From NCBI RefSeq assembly GCF_004010195.1, contig NC_057750.1:11507144-11571143 (forward strand): 64,000 nt of DNA, in the 5' to 3' direction. A program made the translations under genes and the position numbers. The stretch comes from Chiloscyllium plagiosum. Its lineage: Eukaryota. Under the pieces are notes generated by a model. That model did no database searches, was not told the DNA's origin, and saw only the letters and a program-made list of their open reading frames with translations. This document shows, piece after piece, positions 13,292-26,844 of the stretch; position 1 is the stretch's first letter; each line of letters starts with the position of its first letter.

Positions 13292-13904
13292 TGTTATGGA
13301 TCACACCAAAACCCCTTCAGTAATAGCAAGGCAATAGCCTAGACCCTAACTTTCATCTTATTTCAAGGCTAGTGTAAGGTGCTATGTTCCAGATGTACAG
13401 TAATTCAACTGGTTACACTACTTGGCTTTCAGCAAAACACACTTTCTTCTTATTCTAAAGTTAAAATACAAACAAAAAAAATTGTATGACTTTAACTCTA
13501 TTGGAAAACTTAACAGAAAAATAGATGATTTAACTGCTAACCAGCAACTGTTCTAAGACAGTAAAATCCTCGGCAAAGGCAAACTCAGTAAAATAGATTG
13601 TCTCACAAGCGATTCTGGCGGCAGAGATAGAACCCAAGCTTTTAGCTGTAGCTGAGAGAGATGTATAGCTGCTTCCAACTTCATAACCCCAACATCTAGT
13701 GAAAGCTAAACTAAACCCTGGTTCTGTGGGAGCTTGGCTCCATCCATTCATCCTGCTTCTATTGTTCCAACATTTTAAAAAAAACAAATTTCCCCCAAGA
13801 CGTCACAAGTAGTTGGCTTGGAAGAGACAGCTTGCTACCTCTGGCTCAAAACCTCTCCCCAGAAAAGGACAAAATACATTTCACAAAGCCATAGTATTGC
13901 TACA
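13292..13904. mobile_element. Solo LTR (ERV or Gypsy type)
   Basis: 613 bp, begins TGTTA and ends CTACA, flanked by a 4-bp TSD TCAT (13288-13291, 13905-13908). Confidence 0.65.
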
Positions 13905-13997
13905 TCATTTATATTGGCTCAGTAATCAATACTGGCCAAGGCACTGTAAAATATCTTTGAAACTCTCCCAATGATCTGCTAGGACTGACTTTAATAG

Positions 13998-14064
13998 ATC
14001 TAGATTAGAGTAGTGCTGGAAAAGCACAGCGGGTCAGGCAGCATCCAAGGAGCAGGAAAACTGC
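13998..14064 (-). mobile_element. Short Penelope-terminus fragment with 9-bp TSD
   Basis: CTTTAATAG at 13989-13997 and 14065-14073. Confidence 0.7.
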
Positions 14065-15032
14065 CTTTAATAGGACTGATTCTCTTTTTGTGTGCAATTC
14101 CTTGTGTGCTTCACTCTGAAATTAGACTTGAATCTTTTTACAGTTAAGTTGTAGGAAGACAGTGAATAGTAATGAGAAGCAGGAGTTTTTCTCGTCTCTA
14201 ATTAGAAAGAAAAAAACAGATTTTAAAAAAGTAATTTTTAAAATTCACTCGTGTCATGTGGACGATGCTGACTGGCCACTTGTTGCTGGACAAAACTCAT
14301 CTGGTACATAACTCCTGGTGCCAGTTGGTCTGCAACTAAACTTCCCCCACTGGTGTAAACAGCAGATACAGTCCATGCTAATTGCTTTGATTTGGAAATG
14401 AGCGTGCCAGGCTACAACAGCCCCATTTTGAGGTATACAAGATGAGTTGGATCAGTAGATCTCATTTGCCTGTTTTACCAACCAAAACGACACTGGTCTT
14501 AGAGCTTGTATGCTCCTGTGCACAGCCCAGCAGTGATTCATGAGTTGAGACTAAAGATAGGATTGTGAAAATAGCTCAGAATAACTGGACTATGTGCTAA
14601 CTAATCGAGGAGCTGCTTGCTTAATTTATAATCAATTGTCAGACATGGTTCTAATGTAAATCTTTCCATTAGTTGAAGTGCTTTCTATTTAAAGGCCTAT
14701 CTTGTTGCTGCCTACGTCAGAGCAGCAACACGTGCTCACTTCTGGCAAAGACACAAAGAAGTCGATTCCTACCCAAAAACAATAACCAGAAACATCAACT
14801 GACTGACCAGAGAACCTGTTGCAGGTATGAACCTGAGCAAGGAACCTCACTACTAAAGCAGTGGTAACTGTTCACTATGGTTTGGAGATTTATAAGAATA
14901 TAGTTAAGATTAAAAAAGGTAGTGTGAGCTTGAATCCTTTTCTGATGTCTGTAATTAAATCTTTATAAATTTTTTTAAGTAGTGAAATATAGTTTAAAGG
15001 TTTTTTCTTTAACTCTACTTCTGTACTATGGA

Positions 15033-15251
15033 GCTGAAAATGTGTTGCTGGAAAAGCGCAGCAGGTCAGGCAGCATCCAAGGAACAGGAGAATCGACGTT
15101 TCGGGCATAAGCCCTTCTTCAAGAATCCTGAAGATGGGCTTATGCCCGAAAAGTTGATTCTCCTGTTCCTTGGATGCTACCTGACCTGCTGCGCTTTTCC
15201 AGCAACACATTTTCAGCTCTGATCTCCAGCATCTGCAGTCCTCACTTTCTC
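15033..15251. mobile_element. Fold-back Penelope-terminus mini-element (family A) with 15-bp flanking direct repeat
   Basis: Near-perfect inverted arms of about 90 bp. CTTCTGTACTATGGA at 15018-15032 and 15252-15266. Confidence 0.85.
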
Positions 15252-16494
15252 CTTCTGTACTATGGATGCTGCCAGAACTGCTGAGTTCCTCAGGACTTTG
15301 ATTTTATTTTAGGATCTAACAAGTCAAGTTTCACTCTTGGATCTGATTTGCTCAACTGGGACCATATGACAATGAAGAGACATTTTTAAAGTGACATTAT
15401 TAGGCAGCTGCTCTTCGCATTGTCCTGTGGGATCTTCCACGTCGACCTTAGAGGGCCTACTTTTAAGATCTCATCTGAGCGACTGCAGTTCTGACAATGC
15501 AGCACACCTTCAATTGTGGACTGGGAGTACTTGCCTGGATTTTGCATGGAAGCCTCCAAGTGAGACCTGATCGACAACCTTCTGACATGGGCAAGGTGCT
15601 GTCCCCTGAGCCATGGATGACTCTTGATCATATCAAAAATGTTGAATGTTTAATTGTTGGTACTAAGCAGAAATTGTGATCGGAAAGGCAGAGAGGAAGA
15701 ATTTTTTTTCTTTATGAAGCACCTTTCATGACCTTGGAATGACCCAAAACTCATATTATAATTTTAATTGCAGGTTTAGATAATCGGTTTCTTAATGGAA
15801 TTCTTTCTTGGATAATCTTTAACCCACACCAGGTGTTTTATTGAATTCATTGGTGCAGTCATGTAGAAAATAGTCACTTAAGTACATTTTACCTGAAGGA
15901 TGTTTAATTACGGGTACTCAATGGACTAGAACCAGAGAGAAGGTAGGGGAATAGCAGTAGGTTCATTGCTCATTTGAAGAGGTGGTGCAGACACCTCAGG
16001 CAAGGTCCCCCTCTGTGCTAAGTTTTTTTTTGTAATTCTGTGACTCTAGATCTGTTGGGAATTATTGCAACCCAACACTCACCACTGCCACATTCATCCC
16101 AACCTAAGTTCCCCATTGTCCTCTTAGAAGCAGTTGCTCAGTGCATCCCATTCCTGTCATTATCATCTCTTCCTCCTGGATACCTCTGGTTAGCTGTTAG
16201 TTTTGGTTCCTCTGTCTGTCTTTAATTGTTCTTAAGGATCATAGGAACATTGTCTCTAGTTGGTGCAAGATGCACACAGACACAGAAACTCTACCTGGTA
16301 GTGCTATATCACTGCCAAGAGATGGGTGTACCTGCCTTCAAATGGAAAGATAGTCCATTGAACAAGCCTCAGCCGTTCATTGATGTGTGAAGAAATGCCT
16401 TGGTGCTGTCAGCACTTCCCCCAAGTCCAAATTTAGCTCGGAGCCACAATATCTTTTGCTCTCACCCTCCAAGAGGGGCTGCATAGGTGGTGCA

Positions 16495-17952
16495 ACTTCC
16501 AAGGGGAGGTCATGACTGACAAATCTGCTAGAATTCTTTGAGGAAGTAACAAGCAGGTTAGTCCAAGGAGAGCTAAAGGATATTATCTACTTTGACTTCT
16601 AGAATGCCTTTGACAAGGTGTCACTCAGGAAGCTACTGAGTAAGATAAGGGCCCATGGTGTTAGATGCAAGGGTCTAGATTAGAGTGGTGCTGGAAAAGC
16701 ACAGCAGGTCAGGCAGCATCCAAGGAGCAGGAAATCGACTTTTCGGGCAAAAGCCCTTCATCAGGAATAGATGAAGGGCTTTTGCCCGAAACATCGATTT
16801 TCCTGCTCTCCTGATGCTGCCTGACCTGCGCTTTTCCAGGACCACAAATCGAGACTCTGGTTTCCAGCATCTGCAGTCTAACATGGATAGAAGCTTAGCT
16901 GCCTGGCAAAAAGCAGAGAATGGGGATAAAAGGATCCTTCTCAGGATGGCAGCTGGTGACAAGTGGTGTTTTGCAAAATTCCATGTTGGGACCACAACTT
17001 TTTACTTTATACATTAACAATCTAGATGAAGGAGCTGAGGGCATTCTGGCTAGGTTTGCAGATGATACAAAGATAGGGAGAGGGACAGGTGACATTGAGG
17101 AGGCGTGGAGGCTGCAGAAGAATTTGGACAGGTTAGGAGATTGGGCAAAGAAGTGGCAGATGGAGTATGTGAGAAAGTGTGAGGTTTTGCACTTTGGTAG
17201 GAAGAATAGAAGTATGGACTATTTACTAAATGAGGAGAAAATTCAGAAGTCTGAAGTACAAAAAGACTTGGGGGTTCTAGTCTCAAGGTAAACTTGCAGA
17301 TTGAGTCAGTGATTAGGAAAGCATGTGCAATGTTGGCATTTATTTTAAGAGATTTTCAATATAAAAGCAGGGATGTACTTCTGAAGCTCTATAAGGCTCT
17401 GGTCAGACTACATTTGGAGTATTGTGTGCAGTTTTGGGGCCCATATCTCAGGAAGGATGTACTGGTCCTGGAGCCTGTTCAGAGGAGGTTCACAAGAATG
17501 TTCCGAGGAATGAACAGCTTAACATAGAAGGAACATTTGAGGATTCTGGGTCTATACTCGATGGAGTTTAGAAGGATGAGGGGAGATTTATTTAAAACAT
17601 ACAGAATACTGAATGGCCTGAATAAAGTGGATGTTAAAAAGATGTTTTCATTGGTTGGCGAGACTAGGTCCTGAGGGCACAGCCTTAGAGTAAGGGGAAG
17701 ACCTTTTAGAACAGAGATAAGGAGGAATTTCTTCAGCCAGATAGTGATGAATCTATGGAATTCATTGCCACAGAAGTTGTGGAGGCTAGGTCATTGAGCA
17801 TATTTAAGACTGAGATAGGTTCTTGAGGATCAGGGGTTACAGGGAAAAAGTGGGAGAATGGGATTGAGAAACTTACCAGCCATGATTGAATGGTGGAGCA
17901 GACTCTATGGGCTGAATGGCCTAATTTCTGCTCCTGTGTCTTTTGGTCTTAT
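16495..17952 (+). mobile_element. CR1 LINE RT plus 3' fragment with a nested fold-back Penelope mini-element at 16678-16875
   Basis: SGVLQNSMLGPQLFTLYIN...FADDTK RT motifs. The nested insert has a GTCTA TSD (16673-16677, 16876-16880). Confidence 0.9.
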
Positions 17953-18164
17953 GGCCTGTGCCACCACTCCTGGATTCTCAGTGTCTGACTTCCTTGGACA
18001 TGTAGAATGTAATCTTCAGAAGGACCACTTCTGCATACACAACTGTGGTGATGTCAGCTGTTCAGGCGCAAATTCATTCTGGATTAGGGGTATCTATCTC
18101 CATTAACTGACATCACTGGGCCGATTTGTGTATGTGCATGTGGCCATTTTGAGAAATGACTTTG

Positions 18165-19210
18165 TCATAGAGTCCTACAGCACGAAGACAGGCCCTTTGA
18201 CCCAAACTGGTCCATCCCAACCAAAATGTCCATCAACGCTGCCCCATTTCCCTGCATTTGGCCCATATTCTTCTAAATCTTTCCTATCTATGAATTTATC
18301 CAAATACTATTTAAATGTTAATGTACCCGCCTCAATCACTTCCGCTGGCAGCTCATTCCAAATGTGTACCACCTCTGCGTAAACATAGTTGCCCCTCAGG
18401 TTCCCTTTTATTCTTGCCCCTCTAACCTTAAACTGATGTCTTCTCATCCTTGATTCCCAGACTCTGGAAAAGAGACAGTGTATTCGCCCTGTGCATGCCT
18501 CTCATGATCTTATACATTTCTATAAGATCCCCCCTCAGTCTCCTATGCTCTAAAGAAAAAGGTCCTAGCTTGTCCAACCTCTCCATATAACTCACCCTTG
18601 AGTCCTGGCAACATCCTTGTAAATTTCTTCTGCACTCTTTCCAGTTTAATAATATCCTCCCGAAAGAAAAGTGACCAAAACTGAACACAATACTCCAAGT
18701 GTGGCCTCACCAATGTTCTGTATAACTGCAACATAACTTCCCAACTTCTATACTCAGTGCCCTGACTGATGAAGGCCAGTGTTTCACTGCCCTGTCTACC
18801 TGTGACTCCACTTTCAGAGAACTGTGCACCTGAACTTCAAGGTCCCTACACTCCTTAAGGCTCTACCATTTACCATGAAACTCCTACCTTGATTTGACTT
18901 GTCAAAATGCAAGACCTCACACTTTTCTATATTAAACTCCAATTGCCATTTCTCAGCCCACTTCCCCAGCTAATCAAGGTTCTGCTACAATTTCTGATAA
19001 CCTTCCTCACTGTCCACAATACTGTCTATGTGGTGTCATCTGCAAACTTGTACATTTTCATCCAAATCATTGATATAGATAACAAAAAGCAATGGGCCCA
19101 GCACTGGCCCCTGAGGCATTCCACTAGTCACAGGCTTCCAGTCTGACAAGCATCCTTCCGCTATTACCCTCTGCTTCCTACCATCAAGCCAATTGTGTAT
19201 CCAATTTGCC
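18165..19210 (-). mobile_element. CR1 LINE 3' fragment
   Basis: Minus-strand LYRTLVRPHLEYCVQFWS and RRLRGDLIE peptides. Confidence 0.9.
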
Positions 19211-19229
19211 CCCTCCGATACTGGAGCAG

Positions 19230-20005
19230 TTTGTGTTCAAATGTAGCAAGACCTAAACAACATTCAAACATGGGCTAATAAGTGGCAAGTAATATTTGTA
19301 CCAAATAAGTACCAGGTAATTACCATCTTAAATAAGAGAGAATCAAACTGTCACCCATTGTCATTCGATGACATTACTATCACTGAATCTTACCACTGTA
19401 AACTGCTGGGGGTTACTCAGAAACTCAAGGGGAGTAGGCATATATATACTGTTGCTACAAGAGCAGGTGAAAGGCTGCAAATTGAGTAACTCTCAACCTT
19501 GCTTCTCATGGCCTGTACTTTATCTACATCACACAAGTCAGGAATGTGATGAAAGACTCTCCAATTGCCTGGGTGAGTCCTATCTCCAACAACACTCAAG
19601 AAGCTTGACACCATGCAAGCAAAGCAGTCTGTTTGATTGGCACCCTGGCTAACCCTTCATCAGTCACTCCCTCCACCACTTATGGAGGTGGCAGCATGTG
19701 TCATTTCTAAGACAAAATGCAACAACTTACCAAGGCCCCTTCAATTGTACTTTCCAAGCACGTGGCCACTACCACCTAGAAGGACAAGAGCATCAGGTAA
19801 ATGGGAAGATCTCAATCTGCAAAAAATTGCCACTCTCCCAAAAAAAGCCACAGTCGATCCTGACCTGCCACTCCTTCACTGTCACTGGGTCAAAGTCCTG
19901 AGATATCCTCCATATACCATGTCAGTACAGCAGTTCACCTTGAGGGCAATTAGGGAAGGGCAATAAATTCTAGCCTAGCCACCTATGCCCACATCCCAGT
20001 ATGAA
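19230..20005 (+). mobile_element. Old CR1/L2-group LINE 3' fragment
   Basis: Degenerate gacctaaacaacattc...aagtggcaagtaatattt, related to the 46810-47930 segment. Confidence 0.55.
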
Positions 20006-21999
20006 GTTAAAAAGTACCTTCCTCATTAGATAACCAAAAGTTAGTGGTTTTGGAAAAGGGTTCTGAATATCAAATTTGACACACTCTTGTGACACAAATC
20101 TCCAAACGCAACCTATCGATCAGCCCTTCCCAAGTTTCCTCCCCAGTGTGAGGTATCTACATGATACACAGTCTTCTTTGTTCTGAGACTACTGTACAAG
20201 TGAAGTGACTAATAGTATTTAGGTAAATCCTCAATCATTGTTTCTTGTATCAATGTGTTGCTGTTTGATGCTGTGTGAGGCTCTGCATATATCAGTTTGC
20301 GCATTTATAATTGTATCCATAGGGACGGACAGCCCTGATGTATCTGTACATTGTATGGTTGGACTTCCCAATTACCCAAGCATTGGCAAACAGTTCTGAC
20401 ATGACCTAAGTGCCAGACATTCGATTTGTTGTTTTGAACTTTTTGTTACTATTGGCATGCCATTTGAGGGTGGCACATTTGTGCCATGGCAACATAAGAG
20501 GTTTTGATAGAATCTCTTTTCTCATCTGCATTTATCATCCCTCCCCTCCCCGCCACTCCACTTCACCCACACACTAGGTTACCTAAGTAGAGAGGAGATC
20601 CCAAGTTTGAGTTATTGAATCATGGAAATTATGAGAAGGTGAGTTATTTGATTTGGTCTGCTTCACTGCCACTGAACTCCAGTATCAATTCCCTCTAGCC
20701 TCTGGATACTGTATAACCTAAAGATTGCAACAGCTTGACAAGATTACTTCTCGTCCCTCCAACTTCAACCATCAAGAACCAGAGTAGGAATGGTGTTTGA
20801 ACAGTATCAACACCAATCCCCTCCAGGTTATACACTAGTCTTGTTTGGATACTATATATTTCACTGTTCATTCGTTGTCATTGTGTCAATATTCTGAATT
20901 CTCTGGCTAACAGCAATGTGGGATGACCACTGCAGTAGGCTGTTCTCAAATCTCATGGTGGCAACTACGGATGGCCATAATTGCCAGCCTTGTCAGTGCC
21001 CAAATCCTGAGAAACATTAGTAAAAATGAAAAACAAAGACCAAGGTGGATAAGATTTCAGGAACACAATTAAAGAATGAGATGAAGTGAGTAAGTGGGCC
21101 GTGAATACTGCAAAGAAAATGATTTGGTAACAAACTCTGGTTATTAAAATACCGTATACAATTGGTCAATGTCTACTGAAAGTAGGTTTCCAAATAGATC
21201 TGTGTGATCTAAAACTGAAACCCACCAGAGACATTGAGTACTGAAATCTGTCACTACGCTACACTCCAGCCCAGGTAAGTAAATCCTTCCTACGATGTGA
21301 CACCCAGAACTGCTCAGCATGCTGTAGGTGTGGTCTAACAAGGGCTTTTATAGCTGATGCATAACTGGACTGCATCTCATTCAAATCTAATTTATCCTTC
21401 CCTGTGCCCAGCACTGAAAACAGTACTCTAGATGAGCTCTGACCAGCTGAACTGAAGCAAAGGTTCCTCTCCCTTTGTATTCTGGTGTCCAGAACACACT
21501 GTTCCTCTACTATTCCTAGTTGCAATTTTTAGAACACACTCATATTTAATAGTTTTGAGTCCAAAGTGGTTTACAAAAGGTTATTCAGCTTCAGTTAACT
21601 CCTCAGATAACAGTTTTCATCAGAACCACAGATAGATGTTTGAGAAAGACTGGACAAAAAAAAGAGATGGGTTGAGACTGGGGACTTGTTGCAGTGGTGA
21701 TGTTAGGGCGTATACACTAGAGAGCTAATAATTGGTTACTTCATACTGCTCATTAGAAAATTGTTATTTAACATAAAAGGTCTTGATGGGCCTCATCCCA
21801 GGTTCTTGAGAGGTGACTACTTAGGTAGTTAGTGTATAGGTTTTAATTTTCCAAAACTCTGTTGATTAAAGGGGCCATCCCAATAGATTGGAAGAAGGCA
21901 AATATAACACCTTTACTCTTTTTAAAAAAATAGAAAGGAGGAAACTGAGGATCAGTTAGTTTAACATCTGCCATCATGAAAATGTTAGGAACTATTAAA

Positions 22000-22635
22000 C
22001 TGTAAGACCATAAAATGTAGGAGCAGAATTAGTGCATTCAGCCCATCAAATCTGTTCCACCATTCTATCATGACTAATATGCTTCTCAACCCCTCCTCTC
22101 CTGCCTTCTCCCTGTAACCTTTGATCCCTTTACAAATCAAGAACTACCCATCTATCTTAAAGACACTTTGTCTCCATTGCCTTCTGTGGCAATGAGATCC
22201 ACAAATTCACCACCCTTTGGGCTGAAGAAATTCCTCCTCCTCTCAGTTCTGAAGAGTTTTGCCTTCACTCTGAGGCTGTGCCCTAAGTTCTAGTCTCTCC
22301 TCCTAGCGAAAACATCTTCTCCACATCCACTCTATCCAGGCCTCTCAAGATTCTGTAAGTTTTCAACGAGATCCCTCCCATCATCCTTCTAAACTTCGAG
22401 TACTGACCCAGATCCCTCAACGCTCCTCATATGACAAGCCCTTCATCCCCAGGATCATTCTTATAAACCTACTCTAGATCCCCCAAGGCCAACACAACCT
22501 TCCTTACATACAGGTCCAATACTGGTCATAATATTTCAAATGTGGCCTGACCAGAGTCATATTCCCTCTTGAAATGAATGCTAACATTGCATTTGCTTCC
22601 TAATGGCCAACTGAGTCTTCATGTTAACCTTAAGA
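22000..22635 (-). mobile_element. CR1 LINE 3' fragment
   Basis: Reverse-complement CR1 3'UTR and ORF2 tail, similar to 17300-17950. Confidence 0.8.
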
Positions 22636-22669
22636 GAGGTTAACATGCAGCCTCATGTTAACCTGCAGC

Positions 22670-23168
22670 CCACCCCAGCCCCCACGCGCATACACACAAA
22701 ATTTGCGGGGTGAATTTGTACTTGCAGAATTACATTTTATTTTGCTCAAACACTGCATGAATTCATCTAAGATTCTGTAAATCCCTTTTTTAGAAATAGA
22801 TCAGTCTGATCATTGGGGCACAGACAGCCTCACACAGGGCACCTCACACCATTAAAGCATTATCTGAGCTGACATGGCACCTATTGTTAAACTTCAGTTG
22901 AGAATGTAACTTTAAAAAAGTTCTGGGATTTACATATGAAAGAACTGTAACAAACATGGTCATTCTAAAAGATGACAGGCTTAACAAACAATCCAGGTCT
23001 TTTTCAATATATAATTTCAGTTACATCACACAGTAAACTTTTGCTATAAATTCTGCATCTTACGATCTTATACTCCACAATGACCTGATGAAGGAGCAGC
23101 GCTCTGAAAGCTAGTGCTTCCAAATAAACCTATTGGACTATAACCTGGTGTTGTGTGATTTTTAACTA
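22670..23168 (+). mobile_element. Penelope-like element terminal fragment, family B, with hammerhead motif at 23083-23116
   Basis: CTGATGA-A-GGAGC-agc-GCTCT-GAAAGCTA followed by aataaacc...ggactataacctggtgttgtg. Related copies at 31082 and 62500. Confidence 0.65.
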
Positions 23169-23819
23169 TGATCTTATGGCAGAGCATGCTTGATTGGGCA
23201 AATACCCTACTTTTTTTTTCTTATGATCTTTTGAATTTAAGTTCAATGATAACTACAGGACAACATATACCAACCTGAAATTGTCACATTTAAGGTTGAT
23301 CCCTAGATTGTTGTTCACACTGTGACTGATGTTTGGATTAAGCCCCAGACTCATTCAACATAATTGAATACTTCTACATTGCAGACTGCAATGAGTTAGG
23401 TTGTCAAAATGGCCACTTCCACCTCCCTCCTAGTTTTCTCATCCTGAGATTGACTCCTGCATGCAAATGCTTTAATCTCACTAGTGGAAAAGCACTAAAT
23501 GAACCAGAGCAGGGCTTTCTCTCAGGCTGGAGTGATTGATGGTTAGATTATGGGCTTCCGATCATGCATCATGGTCCCCAGCAATGAGCAAAGGCTGCAA
23601 AGCAGACTCCCAAGTAATTCAGAGTCTCGGTCCTATTGTTAGCAGTAATGTGGAGTGTGGTAGAATATGAGTTTATGATCATCCTACTAACATGACTGAA
23701 GCACGCAGTTCAGGGAGATTCCAGGTTGTTTTCTCAACCCTCCCAGACAAATGTTCTGAGACAAGAGTCAAGCAGGGTTCAGAAATGGGGTGTTGAGAGT
23801 CCAATATTCTTGCCTAAAA

Positions 23820-24006
23820 GGCATTAGTGAACGAGATGAGATTTTACAACAACTGATCACCACCATTAGAATAACTTTTTATTCAAATGTTTTTCTTTTT
23901 GAAATTCAAATTCACTATCTACAAATGGGTTTTGAGCCCATAACCCTTCAATATTAGCCTGGGATTCTGGATTACTAGTCCAGTGACATTAACACCACAC
24001 CACCAC
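23820..24006 (-). mobile_element. tRNA-derived SINE fragment (family not assigned)
   Basis: Minus strand reads ggtggtgtggtgttaatgtcactggactagtaatccaga, a tRNA-like head. A related degenerate copy lies at about 33200-33390. Confidence 0.55.
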
Positions 24007-25164
24007 CTCCCCCTTCTATAGGTAGGACAAATAAGCAGGGTTTTTGCTTTCATCCAATAGGCTTTGACTTCAGCTTGAATATGTGCCAAATTGGCACTTG
24101 GGTGAGAATAGGTAGAGTCCTCTATGATATGACAGACAGGTGACCAGTCCATTGACTTATTGTTTTGGCTCCTACATGAAAATGGCTATTTGTGGAAGCT
24201 GCCAGGAAGAACCAGCACCTTCAGGATAGGAGAAGTTGGGCAGGAAGGTGATGGGAAGGAAATTGTATTTTGTAAAATGAACTACATGGTTGAGTTGGCA
24301 TTCCATTAATTGTTTCTTTTTTACATAACAGCTGTGAGCCGAGAGGATCATAATCTGTCACAGCTCCCTGCTTAACCACAAAAAACCACCAGCACAGTGG
24401 TAATGCATCTTGTTTAGCAAGAAGACATTAAAATGGGATGTTGTTAGCCACTGGTATCCATTACAGACAGATGGCACAAAATATGGGTAAGAGAGAGAGG
24501 TTGCTATCGCTGAGTGGAGTGGGGTGGGGGGAGCTGTGAGTATCTGGATCAATTGTCTTGAGCAAAATCTAGTGAAGAGGTAGTGTGTCAATGATACTTA
24601 GTAGTTGTATGTGTAGGGTCAGGTTATGGGATTAAGTAATCAGTGACTGAGCAGATCTTTTCTGAGTGTTGATTCTACTCTATCCAAATTGTCCAGATAC
24701 TTTGATGCACAGAACAGGATCACTACATGCAGCAGGCTTGGCTTCAGGATACCTTTTCAAAGGGTGCCACACACCGCAGAATTATATTGGGGCCAGTCTG
24801 GAGCTGGAAGTTTGTGTGGCATACTGCAGCACTATGATATACTTAATTGTAATGCTGCCTGAATGCAGATCCATAGATTGAAATCCCAATACAATGTTGA
24901 GTCTGCAAAGGTTTTTTAGAAAATGTTGCACTACTGATAATGTCATTTTTGAATGCGAATTTACGCTGAGTCCTTATTTTCACACTCCACCACCCCAGCA
25001 AAAACAAATCAGGTGAATGTGAAAAGAAAACAAACAGCACCATTCAAAGAACAAAGAAATTCACTCTGGTATCCTAGTTAATGATTATCACTCAGCCATT
25101 TGTGACAAAATCCATTTTGGGTACTCTGAGAGAGTGTAACCTTCACCATACACTTGTTTGCAAG

Positions 25165-26010
25165 AATAGAATCCCATAGCATGGAAACAGACCTTTCAAA
25201 ACAAGTTTTCTGTGCCGACCAGTCATCCCAACCTGACCCAGTCCCATTTGCCAGCGTTTGGCCCATATCCCCCTCTAAATCCTTCCTATTCATATACCCA
25301 TCCAGGTGCCTTTTAAATGTTGTAATTGTACCCGTTTCCACCACTTTCTCTTACGTCTTGTTCCAAACACAGACCATGTTCTAAGTGAAAAAGTTACCTC
25401 TAGGGTTCCTTTTAAATCTTTTCCCCTCTCACTTTAAACCTAAACCCTCTAGTTTTGGACTCCCCTACCCTGGGGAAACAAAACCTCTCCGTGCCCCTCG
25501 TGGATTTTATAAACTTCTATAAGGTCACCCCTCGGTCTCTGATACTCTGGGGGAAAATTCCACAGTCTATTCAGCCTCTCTCTCTAACTCAAACCCTCTA
25601 GTTCTGGTAAAATCCTTAAATCTTTTCTGCACCCTCTCAAGTTTAACAGCATTCTTTCTACTGAAGGATGACCAGAATTGTATGCAGTATTATAAGTGTC
25701 CTAAACAATGTCCTATACAACCGTAACATGGCATCCCAACTCCTATACTCAATGCACTAACCAAAATAAAGACAAGCAAGCCAAATGCCACCTTCACCAC
25801 CCTGTCTACCTGCAACTCACTTCCAAGGAAATATGCACCTGCACTCCTCGGTCACTTCATCAGCAACACTCCCGACGGCCCTACCATTAAGTGTATATGT
25901 CCTACCTTGGTTAGGTCTACCAATGCAACACCTCACATTTACCTAAATTAAACGTCTTCTGCCATTCCTCACGCAGCGGATTAAGGTTCCGTTATACTCT
26001 GAAGTACCTC
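25165..26010 (-). mobile_element. CR1/HER1 LINE 3' fragment
   Basis: Minus-strand TFKRHLDGYMNRK peptide and 3'UTR. Confidence 0.88.
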
Positions 26011-26259
26011 ATTTTATTGTCTAAAAATGTTAGCAAATGCAGTTCTGCCCAAAAATAGAGCTTTTTGCAAGGTTTTTGATGGAAAACTGAAGAATGTTCA
26101 AGGGTCACTGAACAGAGTTCAAATGTTACAGATAATGGAGAAAGTGAGTGAGATCATTAAAGGGGGAGAGAAGCAGAATTCGTGAAAGCAGTAGAGTTAA
26201 CTCATCACTCCTGGGAAGGGAGCTAAATTATGCAAGTATGTAAAGAGGGCTCCAGTGAG

Positions 26260-26353
26260 GAGTCAAAAAGTGTGGCGCTGGAAAAGCACAGCTGGACAGG
26301 CAGCATCCGAGGAGCAGGAGAATCGACATTTCAAGCAAAAGCTCATCAGGACT
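26260..26353 (-). mobile_element. Penelope-terminus fragment with 12-bp TSD
   Basis: GGCTCCAGTGAG at 26248-26259 and 26354-26365. Confidence 0.75.
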
Positions 26354-26844
26354 GGCTCCAGTGAGTAGTCAAGTGCACCTGGATAACATTATACTGTTAG
26401 ATCTGAGGAATGTTTTGTAATTAGTTGCCAGCTAAGTGTGGGCATTTAGATTCTGGGAGCTGAGAAAGTGGAAAGATTGCTAGCTATGTGTTGGAGGAAG
26501 CTGTGAGTGGCTTGGAAGAAGTCTCAGAGCATTAATGTATCAATGTAGGTGAATGAGTGGAGGTTGAAAAGCTTAAGCAATATTTGATGGATACAACTGA
26601 GCACAAGTAGAGGACAGGGATTGGGGAGATCCAGGGGTAGGACATGCTCAGTGAAGTTAGCTGGAATTATGTTTGTGAATGAGTACCGAGTGCAAATTGT
26701 AGTGGAGCGCAAACCAAGGAGGGTGATTGATCAGAATGGGAAGAGTTGTTGAAGCGATCCATGACAGACCATTTGTTGAGTTTTACAACCAGACCATCAA
26801 AAATGAAGAATTATATCTCCTGTGAAGTTTGGGTAACTAGGAGA

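Noticed and set aside
14650..14870. Possible cryptic exon or alternative promoter (CACGTG, TACGTCA, CAG|gtatga)
   Set aside because: Only short motifs expected by chance, with no recognisable coding potential.
14890..15222. Near-identical ORFs on opposite strands (MCCWKSAAGQ...) suggesting a peptide family or CRISPR-like repeats
   Set aside because: They are translations of a non-coding inverted Penelope terminus. Copies are dispersed, with no repeat-spacer periodicity.
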